Below are positions 16,798-26,136 of a DNA stretch of 64,000 nucleotides, piece after piece (the first letter of the stretch is position 1; every line of letters begins with the position of its first letter). This DNA comes from Polyangiales bacterium (GTDB taxonomy: Bacteria > Myxococcota_A > Polyangia > Polyangiales > Ga0077539). The translations under genes were made by a program, and so were the position numbers. The notes under the pieces were generated by a model. The model was not told the origin of the DNA. It ran no database searches and saw nothing but the letters and a program-made list of their open reading frames with translations. The stretch spans positions 505,453 through 569,452 of the forward strand of contig JBGARZ010000004.1 of the NCBI GenBank assembly GCA_044229975.1, written 5' to 3'.

Positions 16798-17478
16798 CTA
16801 CGTCCAGCCCATGCCGTGGAGCAGGCCCGCGATGCGCCCGCGCAGCCCCTGCTTCGGGCGCCGCGGCCGCTCGGCGCTCTCCCCCGCCGGGCGAAACTCG
16901 ATGTTGGTGAACTCCTCCGGAAACTTCGCCTCGATGCGCTCGTAGAACTCGTGGATGCGCGCCACGTCGGCCGCGACGTCGCCGGTGGTGTCGATCATCG
17001 GCCCGATGCCCCCGCGCTTGCGCCGGAAGTCGATGTACCCGAGCGCGATCGGAACCTTCGCGGTGTGGGCGATCCAGTAGAAGCCCGACTTCCAGTAGCG
17101 GCTCTTGGAGCGCGTGCCTTCGGGGGCGATGAGCACCACGCGCTTGCCCGGGACGTTGAAGAGGTCGGCCATCTTCTGCACCTGGTCCTGCGCCGCCGAG
17201 CGGTCGACGGGGATGCCCCCGAGCCACCGGTAGAACGGCCCGCGGATGGGCCCTTCGAAGAGGGTGTGCTTGCCGATCCAGACGATGTCGACGCCCATCA
17301 CGTAGCCGAGCCCGAGGGTCACCGGGAGGTCCCAGTTGGACGAGTGCGGCGCGGCGATGAGCACGTACTTCTCGACGTCGGGCACGACGCCCTCTTCGCG
17401 CCAGCCGAGGGCCGTGAGCACGGCCCGCCCCACCCAGTAACGCACCGGCTTCCGCTCAGAGTCTTTCGTGGCTTCCAT
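16798..17478 (-). CDS. PlsC-family lysophospholipid acyltransferase
   Basis: 'APHSSNWD' (HxxxxD), 'PVDR', 'APEGTRS'. Confidence 0.9.
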   Translation of the reverse strand: MEATKDSERKPVRYWVGRAVLTALGWREEGVVPDVEKYVLIAAPHSSNWDLPVTLGLGYVMGVDIVWIGKHTLFEGPIRGPFYRWLGGIPVDRSAAQDQVQKMADLFNVPGKRVVLIAPEGTRSKSRYWKSGFYWIAHTAKVPIALGYIDFRRKRGGIGPMIDTTGDVAADVARIHEFYERIEAKFPEEFTNIEFRPAGESAERPRRPKQGLRGRIAGLLHGMGWT

Positions 17479-17648
17479 GACGTCGGTGCCCGACCGTTCT
17501 CACGGACCCACCGGACCCCGCAAGGGGCGCCGCGTCAGAGCGGCGACGAGAAGTCCGTCGGGTCGGCGGGGAGAAGCCGACCCGCGGCCGATAGACCTCG
17601 CGTGGAGATTGGGATAGCCCGACAGGTATCCAGCTCGCGAGGGATCCG

Positions 17649-18173
17649 ATGTCGATGTCGATGTTGCCGTTGCTGGCGTTGCAGAGAGGCGCCGCGGTGG
17701 GCGCCCTGACCGGCGTGTTGTTCGCGGTGATCGGCGTGCTCGTCGCGCTGTGGGGTCGGTCGTTCCTCGCGCGCGACCGGGCCATCGGGCGGTGGCCGAA
17801 GGCGCCGGGCACCATCACGTCGTCGCGCTACGAGAGCGAGACCGGAACGACGAGAGACGCCGATGGCTACGACATCACGTCGACGACCTTCATGCCCGTC
17901 GTCGCGTATCGGTACACCGTGCAGGGCCAGGAGTATCCGGGCACCAGGGTCGCTCGCGTGGTGGAGTGGACGGGCGACGCGCAGCGGGTGAAGGCGTGCA
18001 TCGACCGCTATCCCCCGGGGGCGCGCGTGGAGGTCTTCTACGACCCGGCCGACCCGGCGACCGCGTACCTGGAGACTCGAACGTCGGGCGGTGGGGTGTT
18101 CTTGATGGTGTTCGGGGGGTTCTTCGCGTTGATGGGCTTCGGGGTGCTGGCGCTCGTGGTCGCGACCTCCTGA
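17649..18173 (+). CDS. DUF3592-like membrane protein
   Basis: TM, then 'WPKAPGTI...VAYRYTVQGQEY...VEVFYDPADP', then TM. Confidence 0.8.
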   Translation: MSMSMLPLLALQRGAAVGALTGVLFAVIGVLVALWGRSFLARDRAIGRWPKAPGTITSSRYESETGTTRDADGYDITSTTFMPVVAYRYTVQGQEYPGTRVARVVEWTGDAQRVKACIDRYPPGARVEVFYDPADPATAYLETRTSGGGVFLMVFGGFFALMGFGVLALVVATS

Positions 18174-18206
18174 GAAGGCGCGCACGCCCGATGTACCATC
18201 ACCTGC

Positions 18207-19583
18207 ATGAGGTTCGTCGCCTTCGCGGCCGCGCTTGTTCTCGGCTGTTCCAGCGCGGCGACACCGGTGAGCACACCGCCTGTCGACGCAGCCACCGACG
18301 CGGCCACTGACGTCTCCCTCGACCGCCCCGACGGCTTCGACGACCGACGGTTCTTCAACGACGCCGCCACGCCGCGCTCGGTGTGGGTCGCCGCGCTCGC
18401 CGGGCTCACGGTGCTGCCCGACTTCTCCCCGGCACCGAACCTCCAGTGCAACGACGCGACGCCCGTGGTGCCCGGCGTCGTGGTCGACGACAACCCCTTC
18501 CCGGCCAACGCCGTGGCGCCAGCCTGCGATCGCGCGCTTCCCGTCGTCGCGCCGGCGCGCTGGTATCGCGTGACCGTTCCGGGCACCGCGTCGGGCGGAT
18601 CGACGCTGGTGCTCACGGCGCCCAACCTGGAATTTCAACTCTTCACGGCGTGCGATCCGGCCGTCTGCCGCGCTGCTTCGTATGTCGACCCCTACGGCGC
18701 CACCGCCGCGCGCTACATCCTGCGATGGACCAACCGGACCGGCGCCGACGCCACCGTGTACGTCGCGGCCAGCGCGAGCGGTGGTGTGCCCATCGAACGC
18801 TTCACGTTCCGCGTCGAGATCGTCGGGCCCGAGGAGGGCGACATCTGCGGCGCCGCCATCGAAGCGCCGACCACCTACGACCGTCGCCACTTCGTGACCC
18901 GTTGGGCGAGCGAGCTCCGCCCCGTCTGCGGCGACAGCTTCGGGCGCTCCGTCCCGGTCCGGTGGTTCAGTGTGTATCTCCAGCCGGGGCAATCGGTGCT
19001 CGCGAGCGCCAACGAGCTCTCCAGCATCGCGCGGCCGGTCTGGCAGTTGTACGACTCGTGCGAGTCGACGCGCTGCCTCGCGACCTCGGGCAGCAACGTG
19101 TTCGCCAACGCCCTGGAGCACACCAACACCACGACGGAGATCGAGTCGCTCCGCCTCTCGCTCGGCAACCTCGCGCCGCAGTACGTCGACGACCTCGACG
19201 TGCGCGTGCGCACCTTCCGCGCCGCGACCAACGACCGCTGCGAGACGGCCCGGCGCGTGGCCCCCAACACCGCGCTCACCGGCGAGGACCTCACCACCGG
19301 GCGCACCGGCCCGCCGCGCTGTTCGGCCTCGATGCGCGACCGGCGCGCGCTCTGGTACGTGACCCGCGTCGACCCCGGCCACCGCTTCGAGGTGCGCGTC
19401 GCCAACGCCACGACGGCGGGCGTGGGCGTCACCCTCCAGACGACCTGCGGCGACGGCTGCGGGATCTTCGACGTCAACCGCGGAGCCGCTCCCGTCGACG
19501 TCTACTACGCCGTCAGCCAGGACACCGTGCCCGGGCTCTACGCGACCTACGACGTGGTCGCGCTCTCACCGGTCGCTGACTGA
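18207..19583 (+). CDS. Lipoprotein, hypothetical (repeated beta/PPC-like modules)
   Basis: Lipobox VLGC, acidic linker, repeated 'WY/F.V' and Cys motifs. Confidence 0.65.
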   Translation: MRFVAFAAALVLGCSSAATPVSTPPVDAATDAATDVSLDRPDGFDDRRFFNDAATPRSVWVAALAGLTVLPDFSPAPNLQCNDATPVVPGVVVDDNPFPANAVAPACDRALPVVAPARWYRVTVPGTASGGSTLVLTAPNLEFQLFTACDPAVCRAASYVDPYGATAARYILRWTNRTGADATVYVAASASGGVPIERFTFRVEIVGPEEGDICGAAIEAPTTYDRRHFVTRWASELRPVCGDSFGRSVPVRWFSVYLQPGQSVLASANELSSIARPVWQLYDSCESTRCLATSGSNVFANALEHTNTTTEIESLRLSLGNLAPQYVDDLDVRVRTFRAATNDRCETARRVAPNTALTGEDLTTGRTGPPRCSASMRDRRALWYVTRVDPGHRFEVRVANATTAGVGVTLQTTCGDGCGIFDVNRGAAPVDVYYAVSQDTVPGLYATYDVVALSPVAD

Positions 19584-19621
19584 ACGGCGCTCCAGCCACT
19601 CGCGTCAGGCCCCGAAAGCCC

Positions 19622-21265
19622 TCAGCGCCCGTCGCACAACCCCAGCAGAACGAGCCCCATCGGCACCGTCCCCCGCGGGCCCGCGTGGCACACCGGCGCC
19701 ACCGTCGCGCGCGCCTCTTCGCGCTGCCCGCGCTGCGACTGGAGCTGCGCCAGCAACGCGCGCACGTTGATCTCCAGACTCCGGTCGCGGAAGCCCGTGC
19801 GCAGCATCCGCTCCTCGGCCAGCGCCGCGCGCAGGTCGTCCTCCGCCCCCGCCGCATCGTCGGCGTTGAGCCGCGACGCCGCCCGCACGAACCTCACCCG
19901 CGGATCGCGCGGCCACCGTCGCACCAGCGCGTCGAGCGCCGCGGGCGGAGCGTTGCCCGTCGCCACCCCATCGAACTCCGACTGCGGCGCCAGCGCCGCC
20001 GCCGCGCTCCGCGTCTGCACCACCCCGACGGCTCCCCAGCCGTAGCCCAGCAGCCCGACGAGCGCGATCGCCCACGCCACGCTTCGCCCACGCGGCGTCG
20101 GGCTCCCGACGTCCCACGTCTTCCAGAGCACCAGGCCCGCGAGCGCGCCCGCGAGCGCTCCACCGAAGTGCGCCGCGTAGTCCACCCGCGCGCCCATCGC
20201 CGACGCCAACGGCAGCAGCGACGGAACCAGCACCCGCGCCATCATCCCCTGCACGCTGCTGCGGGCCGCGCCCTCGGGCAGCCGCATCGCGCTCACCAAA
20301 GCCGCGGCGAGCAGCCCCATGATGGCACCCGACGCGCCCACGCTGACGCCGTCGGCGCCGTTGATCGCGAGGCCCATCAGCGACCCGCCGAGGGCGCCCA
20401 CCACGAAGAGCGCCGCCAGCCACGCGCGCCCGAGGAGGTGTTCGAGGACGACGCCTGCCATCCAGAGGCACAGGCCGTTCATGAGGAGGTGCATGGGCGA
20501 GGCGTGGAGCAGCGCCGCGGTGAGCAGCCGCCACCAATCGCCCTCCAGCGCGAGGCCGCGGGCGAGGGCGCCCAGCGAGACGAGGGTCAGGGTGTCGGGG
20601 GAGAAGCCCGTCGCACCCGCGGGGCGCGCGACGAGCTCGCCGAGGTAGATGAGCGTGAGCGCTCCCAGCATCGCGAGGGTGAGCGTGGGGCGCTGCACCG
20701 ACGGGTCGCCCGCCGCCACGCCGCGCGCCTGCTTGAGCTCCTCGGCGGAGAGGCGCGGCGACGAGAGCAGCGCGCGCAGCCAGCGCTCGCCGGGGTGGCT
20801 GGACTGGTGCCAGGCGAGGGTGCTCCAGACGCGCGCCGCGGGGTCGGTGGCCGCGGGGTCGAGGACGAAGCCGGAGACGCCGACCTTCTCGACGCCGGGC
20901 TCACGGTGCAGCGCCTTGAGGCGATCGCAGCGCGCGGGCGAGGCCGGGGCGTCGACGTGCCAGAGCTGGATGCTCACCGGGAGCTGCGCCCCGTTGTAGA
21001 CCGGCGCGTGCACGAGGCACGCCTTGCCGATGCGGACGAGGTTCTCGGACGAGAGGGTGAAGTTGCGCGAGGCGGCGCCATCGCGATGGTCGTGGTCGAT
21101 GAGGGCGATCATCGTGAAGCGGGTTGCGTCTCGGAAGCTGAGCACCTCATCGACGGCGGCAGCGAGCTCGGCGGCCTCTGGAACGTGCCCGCGGACGTAG
21201 CCCTTCTCCGCGAGGCGTCGGGCGAGGTAGCTGGCGAGGGACTCGGTCGCGGGGGCTTCGCTCAT
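19622..21265 (-). CDS. Rhomboid-family intramembrane serine protease with N-terminal domain and C-terminal TPR
   Basis: 'WWRLLTAALLH...HLLMN', 'VGASG', 'AAHFGG'. ATG at 21265. Confidence 0.9.
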   Translation of the reverse strand: MSEAPATESLASYLARRLAEKGYVRGHVPEAAELAAAVDEVLSFRDATRFTMIALIDHDHRDGAASRNFTLSSENLVRIGKACLVHAPVYNGAQLPVSIQLWHVDAPASPARCDRLKALHREPGVEKVGVSGFVLDPAATDPAARVWSTLAWHQSSHPGERWLRALLSSPRLSAEELKQARGVAAGDPSVQRPTLTLAMLGALTLIYLGELVARPAGATGFSPDTLTLVSLGALARGLALEGDWWRLLTAALLHASPMHLLMNGLCLWMAGVVLEHLLGRAWLAALFVVGALGGSLMGLAINGADGVSVGASGAIMGLLAAALVSAMRLPEGAARSSVQGMMARVLVPSLLPLASAMGARVDYAAHFGGALAGALAGLVLWKTWDVGSPTPRGRSVAWAIALVGLLGYGWGAVGVVQTRSAAAALAPQSEFDGVATGNAPPAALDALVRRWPRDPRVRFVRAASRLNADDAAGAEDDLRAALAEERMLRTGFRDRSLEINVRALLAQLQSQRGQREEARATVAPVCHAGPRGTVPMGLVLLGLCDGR

Positions 21266-21324
21266 CGGTCGTGGCGGGCACTGTACCGTGAGCGACCGCG
21301 GATCAGGGACGACGGCGATCCACG

Positions 21325-21440
21325 GAAGAAGCCGCAAGGGCGCGAGGGTCGCAAGGGGAAGGCAACAACGCTGGGAAGCACACGTCTTCTCCCTTGCACA
21401 CGTCTCCCCCTTGCGACCCCTGCGCCCTTGCGGCTTCTTC
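21325..21440. repeat. Imperfect inverted repeat (REP-like hairpin)
   Basis: GAAGAAGCCGCAAGGGCGCGAGGGTCGCAAGGGG (from 21325) pairs with CCCCTTGCGACCCCTGCGCCCTTGCGGCTTCTTC (ending 21440). Confidence 0.75.
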
Positions 21441-21490
21441 GTCCGCTCTCGTCCGCTCTCGTCCGCTCTCGTCCGCTCTCGTCTGCTCTC
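21441..21490. repeat. 10-bp tandem repeat x5
   Basis: GTCCGCTCTC x4 plus GTCTGCTCTC. Confidence 0.95.
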
Positions 21491-21531
21491 CTTCACGCCG
21501 TCGTCGTCCATTCCGGGCATGATCCCCGGCG

Positions 21532-22563
21532 ATGGCGGTCCCCGAGACGCTGCGACGGTCGCTTCGGAGGGCGGTGGCGCTGCTGTGCGTTCCGCCCGCC
21601 GTGCTCGCGCTCGTCCGCCGTGAGCCGCGCGCGTGGGTGCTCATCGCCGCCGCCGCGCTCGTCGCCTGGTGGCTCGCCGGGCGCCTCGCGGATGCTGTTC
21701 GTGACGAGGCCGCGGCCGCCGCTGCTCGCCTGCGCGCGATGGCCGCGGGCGCACCCGACCCGTCGCCCTCCACCGACGGTGCGTTGCACCGGGCCGTCGA
21801 CGCGTGGGGCGAGCGCTTCACCGAGGAGCGCGAACGTCACCGCGACGCTCTCACCCGCCTGGAGGAGACCGAGCGTCGGCGCGAGGCGTGGCTGGCGACG
21901 CTGCGCCACGAGCTTCGCACACCGCTCAACGCCATCGTCGGCTTCACCGAGCTGCTCGCCGCGGAGGTCGAGGGCCCCCTCACCGAAGCCCAGCGCGAAG
22001 ACGTCGACACCATCGGTAACGCGGGCTCGCACCTCCGCCGGCTCGTCGAAGACGCCTTCGACCTGTCGGCCATGACCACCGGAACCTTCGCCGTCACCCG
22101 ACAACGCACCAACGTCGCGGGCGTCGTGCGCGACGTGATGCGCGAGGCCGAAGGGCAGGCGCGCACCCGCGGTGTGTCGCTGTGCTGGGACGCTCCGCCC
22201 GAGGCCGACGCGTGGGTCGACGCTATCGCCATCCGGCGGGCGCTCACCAACCTCGTGGTCAACGCCATCGAGCACGCGGGCGGCGAGGTGGAGGTCACCC
22301 TGGAGGTGCGCCCGACGACCATCACCGTGGCCGTGCGGGACAACGGTCCGGGCATCGCGCCGGGTGAGCTCAAGCGACTGTTTCGCCCCTTCGAACGCGG
22401 GCACAGCGCCGAGGCGCGCGGCGCAGGGCTCGGGCTCGCCATCACCCTCGGGCTCGTCGAGGTCCATGGCGGAACCCTCTCCGCCCACACCAACGAAGAC
22501 CGCGGGAGCACGTTCACGGTGACGCTGCCGGCGGGGATGATTCCGTTGGAGCCGGTGGCGTGA
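21532..22563 (+). CDS. Sensor histidine kinase
   Basis: H-box HELRTPLN, N-box NLVVNA, G1 DNGPGI, F-box LFRPF, G2 GAGLGL, N-terminal TM. Confidence 0.93.
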   Translation: MAVPETLRRSLRRAVALLCVPPAVLALVRREPRAWVLIAAAALVAWWLAGRLADAVRDEAAAAAARLRAMAAGAPDPSPSTDGALHRAVDAWGERFTEERERHRDALTRLEETERRREAWLATLRHELRTPLNAIVGFTELLAAEVEGPLTEAQREDVDTIGNAGSHLRRLVEDAFDLSAMTTGTFAVTRQRTNVAGVVRDVMREAEGQARTRGVSLCWDAPPEADAWVDAIAIRRALTNLVVNAIEHAGGEVEVTLEVRPTTITVAVRDNGPGIAPGELKRLFRPFERGHSAEARGAGLGLAITLGLVEVHGGTLSAHTNEDRGSTFTVTLPAGMIPLEPVA

Positions 22564-23624
22564 GCGGGCGCGCGAAGTCGGCGGTGGAGTCGCTCCCGGC
22601 GCGCGCGGCCTCGGCGCTGGGTGTTCCGCTTGCGATGGCGGGCGTCGGGGTCGGGCTGTGCGCGCCGCCGTCGTGGTGGTGGTGGGCCTGCACACTGGGT
22701 GCTCTGCTGCTGGGCGCGGCGGGCGCGCTGGCGGGGCTGACGTCTGGGCGGTGGGCGCGGGGCGAGCTGCGCGCGCGAGCGGCAACCATGGCCGACGCGG
22801 AAGGGGTCGCCGGGGTCGACGCGCTGGGCACGGCGCTGCTCACGGCGCAGCAGGCGATGGCGGCGATGAAGGCCGACCAGCGGCGGGCGATCACGACGCG
22901 GCTGGAGGGGGCGCGGCTGCGGTCGTTCGTGCTGGCGGGGGTGAGCCACGACCTGCGCGGGCCGCTCAACAGCCTCGTCGGGTTCACGGACATCCTGGCC
23001 GCGGAGGTCGACGGTCCCCTCACGGCGGGGCAGGAGGAGAGCGTGGAGGCGCTCGCGCGTGGCGGGCGTGAGCTGTTGCGACGGGTCGATGATCTGCTCG
23101 ACGCCGCGCGGCTCGACGCGGGGCGCATGACGCTCGACCGGTCGCGGGTGTCGCTGCATGTGCTGCTCGAAGCGGCGCGCACCATCGCGCTGGAGCGTCT
23201 CGGCGAGGCGGGCGCTTCGACCGACGGGCTGCGGGTGGACGGCGCCCTCGACGCGTCGGTGGTGGTCGACCGCGGGCGCATGGCGCAGGCGTTGGGCGCG
23301 CTGCTGGCGTTTGCGCGGGCGGCGTCGACGGAGGGATCGGCGCGGGCGGAGGTGCGGGTCGACGCGGAGGGTGCGTGCGCCATCACGCTGCCGGTGCCGG
23401 GGACGCAGGCGCTGCGGGCGTGGCTGGAGGACCCGTTGGAGGTTCCGCCCGCGGGGGTGCGCGCGCCGGTGGGCCTCGGGCTGGCGGTGAGCGTCGCGCG
23501 GCGGGTGATTGCGCTGCACGGCGGGGCGCTGGAGGCCGACGACGCGGTGGACGGGCGCATCACGCTGCGGGCGCGGCTGCCGGGCGACGAGACGGGGCGC
23601 AGCGGCCCTCCACCTGTGGGTTGA
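22560..23624 (+). CDS. Histidine kinase-like protein with degenerate ATPase domain
   Basis: H-box HDLRGPLN and GLGL retained. N-box and DxGxG are absent. GTGA overlap with the upstream kinase. Confidence 0.8.
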   Translation: MSGRAKSAVESLPARAASALGVPLAMAGVGVGLCAPPSWWWWACTLGALLLGAAGALAGLTSGRWARGELRARAATMADAEGVAGVDALGTALLTAQQAMAAMKADQRRAITTRLEGARLRSFVLAGVSHDLRGPLNSLVGFTDILAAEVDGPLTAGQEESVEALARGGRELLRRVDDLLDAARLDAGRMTLDRSRVSLHVLLEAARTIALERLGEAGASTDGLRVDGALDASVVVDRGRMAQALGALLAFARAASTEGSARAEVRVDAEGACAITLPVPGTQALRAWLEDPLEVPPAGVRAPVGLGLAVSVARRVIALHGGALEADDAVDGRITLRARLPGDETGRSGPPPVG

Positions 23625-23701
23625 TGGGCTGGTTTGACGGGAGGCTCCCGTGGTAGACGGATCGTTCCGGGGGCGCAGAGTGCTCACCCCACAAAAAACC
23701 G

Positions 23702-24694
23702 ATGGCTGAGCCCGCCCGAACCAAGTCCAACGGACCCATCTCCGCAGTTGCCCACGAGGTCGCCCAGAAGCTCTTCGGGGCCGTGTCGGTGGCGCTCACG
23801 GGCAAGCCCGACGTGGTCGAGCGCTCGGTCATCACGCTGCTGGCGCGCGGTCACCTGCTCATCGAGGACGTTCCGGGTGTGGGCAAGACCACCCTGGCGC
23901 GGGCCCTCGCGCGAGCGCTCGGCACCGAGTACCGCCGGGTGCAGTGCACCAGCGACCTGATGCCGTCCGAGCTCCTCGGGGTCAACGTCTACAACGCGAG
24001 CGAGCGGCGCTTCGAGTTTCGTCCGGGGCCGGTGTTCACGCACTTCCTGGTGGCCGACGAGATCAACCGCGCGACGCCGAAGACGCAGAGCGCGCTGCTC
24101 GAAGTGATGAGCGAGCGGCAGGTGTCCATCGACGGCGTGACGCACCTGCTGGAAGAGCCCTTCGCGGTCATCGCGACGCAAAACCCCGACGACGCGGCGG
24201 GGACGTACCCGCTGCCCGAGTCGCAGCTCGACCGCTTTCTTTTGCGCACGGCGGTGGGCTATCCGGCGGCGGCGGTGGAGAAGCAGATCCTCTCGACGCG
24301 CGGCGGCGTCGAGCCGGTGGACTCCATCGAGCCGGTGCTCACGCTGGCGCAGCTCGTGGCGGCGCAGCGCGAGGTCGACGGCGTGTCGCTGGAGTCGTCG
24401 GTGGTCGACTACGCGTACTCGCTGGTGAGCGCGACGCGAACGCACGAGCAGGTGGCGGTGGGCGTGTCGACGCGCGGGGCGCTGGCGTTCATCCGCGCGG
24501 CGAAGGCGCGGGCCATCGTGAAGGGTCGGTCGTACGTGATCCCCGACGACCTGAGCGAGCTGGCGGTTCCGGTGCTGGCGCACCGGGTGCGGGTGCACGG
24601 GTCTGATCCGGGGCTCCTGCCGGGCGACGCGCGGCGCAACGACGCCGAGCGCATCGTGCACGAGATCGTGCAGCGGGTGGACGTCCCGCTCTGA
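23702..24694 (+). CDS. moxR: MoxR-family AAA+ ATPase
   Basis: EDVPGVGKT, ADEINRA, ATQNP, YPLPESQLDRF. Confidence 0.95.
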   Translation: MAEPARTKSNGPISAVAHEVAQKLFGAVSVALTGKPDVVERSVITLLARGHLLIEDVPGVGKTTLARALARALGTEYRRVQCTSDLMPSELLGVNVYNASERRFEFRPGPVFTHFLVADEINRATPKTQSALLEVMSERQVSIDGVTHLLEEPFAVIATQNPDDAAGTYPLPESQLDRFLLRTAVGYPAAAVEKQILSTRGGVEPVDSIEPVLTLAQLVAAQREVDGVSLESSVVDYAYSLVSATRTHEQVAVGVSTRGALAFIRAAKARAIVKGRSYVIPDDLSELAVPVLAHRVRVHGSDPGLLPGDARRNDAERIVHEIVQRVDVPL

Positions 24695-24695
24695 T

Positions 24696-25538
24696 TCAGC
24701 CGTCCCACGAGGGGTAGCGCGCGATCAGGAAGATCGCCTCGGCCGTCACCCGTTGCACGGCGTAGCCCGTTCGCCACAGCTCGATGAGCGCATCGAAGGG
24801 CGACGCCACGTCGCGGAAGCGTCGGCCCGCGACGGGCTTCGGCACCGCCCCGTGGGTCCCGAACACGAGCCCTTCGGCGACGGCCGCGCGCCAGAGAATG
24901 TCGTCGATGACGGGTCGGGCGATGATTTCGTGGATGTGGTTGAGGTCGCCGGGGCGCGCGAGGTTCTTGTACCGCCCGAGGTCGAAGCGGCCGGCGCCGG
25001 TGGCGCGCGAGACGAGGGCGCTGGCGACGGGGAGTCGGCCGAGGCCGGTGCGATCGGTGAGCGGCAGCGACGATGGCGTGGACATCACGATCGACCACGC
25101 GACGCGATCGGGTTGCGGCGCACCGGCGGACGCGAAGGGAGCGAGCCGGGCGACGAGCTCGCGGGCGAGGTCTTCGGCGGTGCCGACCCCGACGGCGTCC
25201 CGGCCGAGGACGAAGGCCACCATCGGATCAGGTGGCGAGGCGAGCAGCACCGCGGGCCCCTGACCGTGGATGCGCACCGTGGGCGTGGCGTCGGTCGCGA
25301 GCCCGGCGGCGACGGCGCGTCGGGCGTCGACGACGAAGGCGCGGCGAGGGTGGTCGATCCAGTCGGCGGGGATGAGTCCGCGCGCGGCGAGGGTCTCCCA
25401 GGCTTCGCGTGGGTCACCGTCTTTGGGGACGGCGGCGCGCGCTTCGACCGTCGACCCGGTGGGCGGGTTGAGGAAGGCAGACTGCACCTCGCCGTAGCGT
25501 CGGAGGGCGTCGATGTGAAGGGAGGCGTGGGAGATCAT
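24696..25538 (-). CDS. Hypothetical protein
   Basis: ATG at 25538. Coding-like composition with no recognised motif. Confidence 0.55.
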   Translation of the reverse strand: MISHASLHIDALRRYGEVQSAFLNPPTGSTVEARAAVPKDGDPREAWETLAARGLIPADWIDHPRRAFVVDARRAVAAGLATDATPTVRIHGQGPAVLLASPPDPMVAFVLGRDAVGVGTAEDLARELVARLAPFASAGAPQPDRVAWSIVMSTPSSLPLTDRTGLGRLPVASALVSRATGAGRFDLGRYKNLARPGDLNHIHEIIARPVIDDILWRAAVAEGLVFGTHGAVPKPVAGRRFRDVASPFDALIELWRTGYAVQRVTAEAIFLIARYPSWDG

Positions 25539-25560
25539 CGCGAGGTGCGCGGCGAAGGCA

Positions 25561-26028
25561 TCAGCCGTCGGCGAAGACCTCGTCGAGCGTGGCCGCGGTG
25601 GCTGCGCGGGTGATCCACCGGTCGAGCAGTGCGTTGTCCGTACAGTCGTCGACGCGGGTGCGAGCTGGGGTATCGAGCCGAAGACCGCGAGCGGACAGCA
25701 CCGCGAACAGCGCCGTGGCCTTGCCGCGGGCTTCTCCACGGGCTTCCCCTCGGGCCTCGATCTCTTGTTCGAGGTCGTTGAACCAATTGGGCATCGGGAT
25801 CTCGTCGACCTTCCGGACTCTCATCACCACCTCCCGCACCTGATCCGCCAACGCGTCGCTGATGACCGAGAGAATGCTGCGGGTCAGCTGCGCCTGCAAC
25901 GCACGGTCCTTCCCGTGCGCGACACACTCCAGGGCTCGCGCGACCACCGCCCGCGCCTTCTTGCCCGAGCGTCGTCGCACCGCCCACGCCGCGAAGAACG
26001 CCAGCTCCGGTCGCCCCGTCGCCAGCAA
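25561..26028 (-). pseudogene. C-terminal fragment of an Rpn/YadD (RpnC)-like protein
   Basis: Typical tail 'EARGEARGEARG...VLSARGL...LDRWITRAATAATLDEVF'. In-frame TAG just upstream and no nuclease domain. Confidence 0.6.
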
Positions 26029-26136
26029 CGTCTCGGCCTCGCGTCCCTACGTGGCCCACGCCGCAGCGTAAGCGCGGCGCGCAGCGGTCAGCCCAGCAGC
26101 CCGCGTCACCTACGCAAGATCTGTTAGCGTCCGCCG

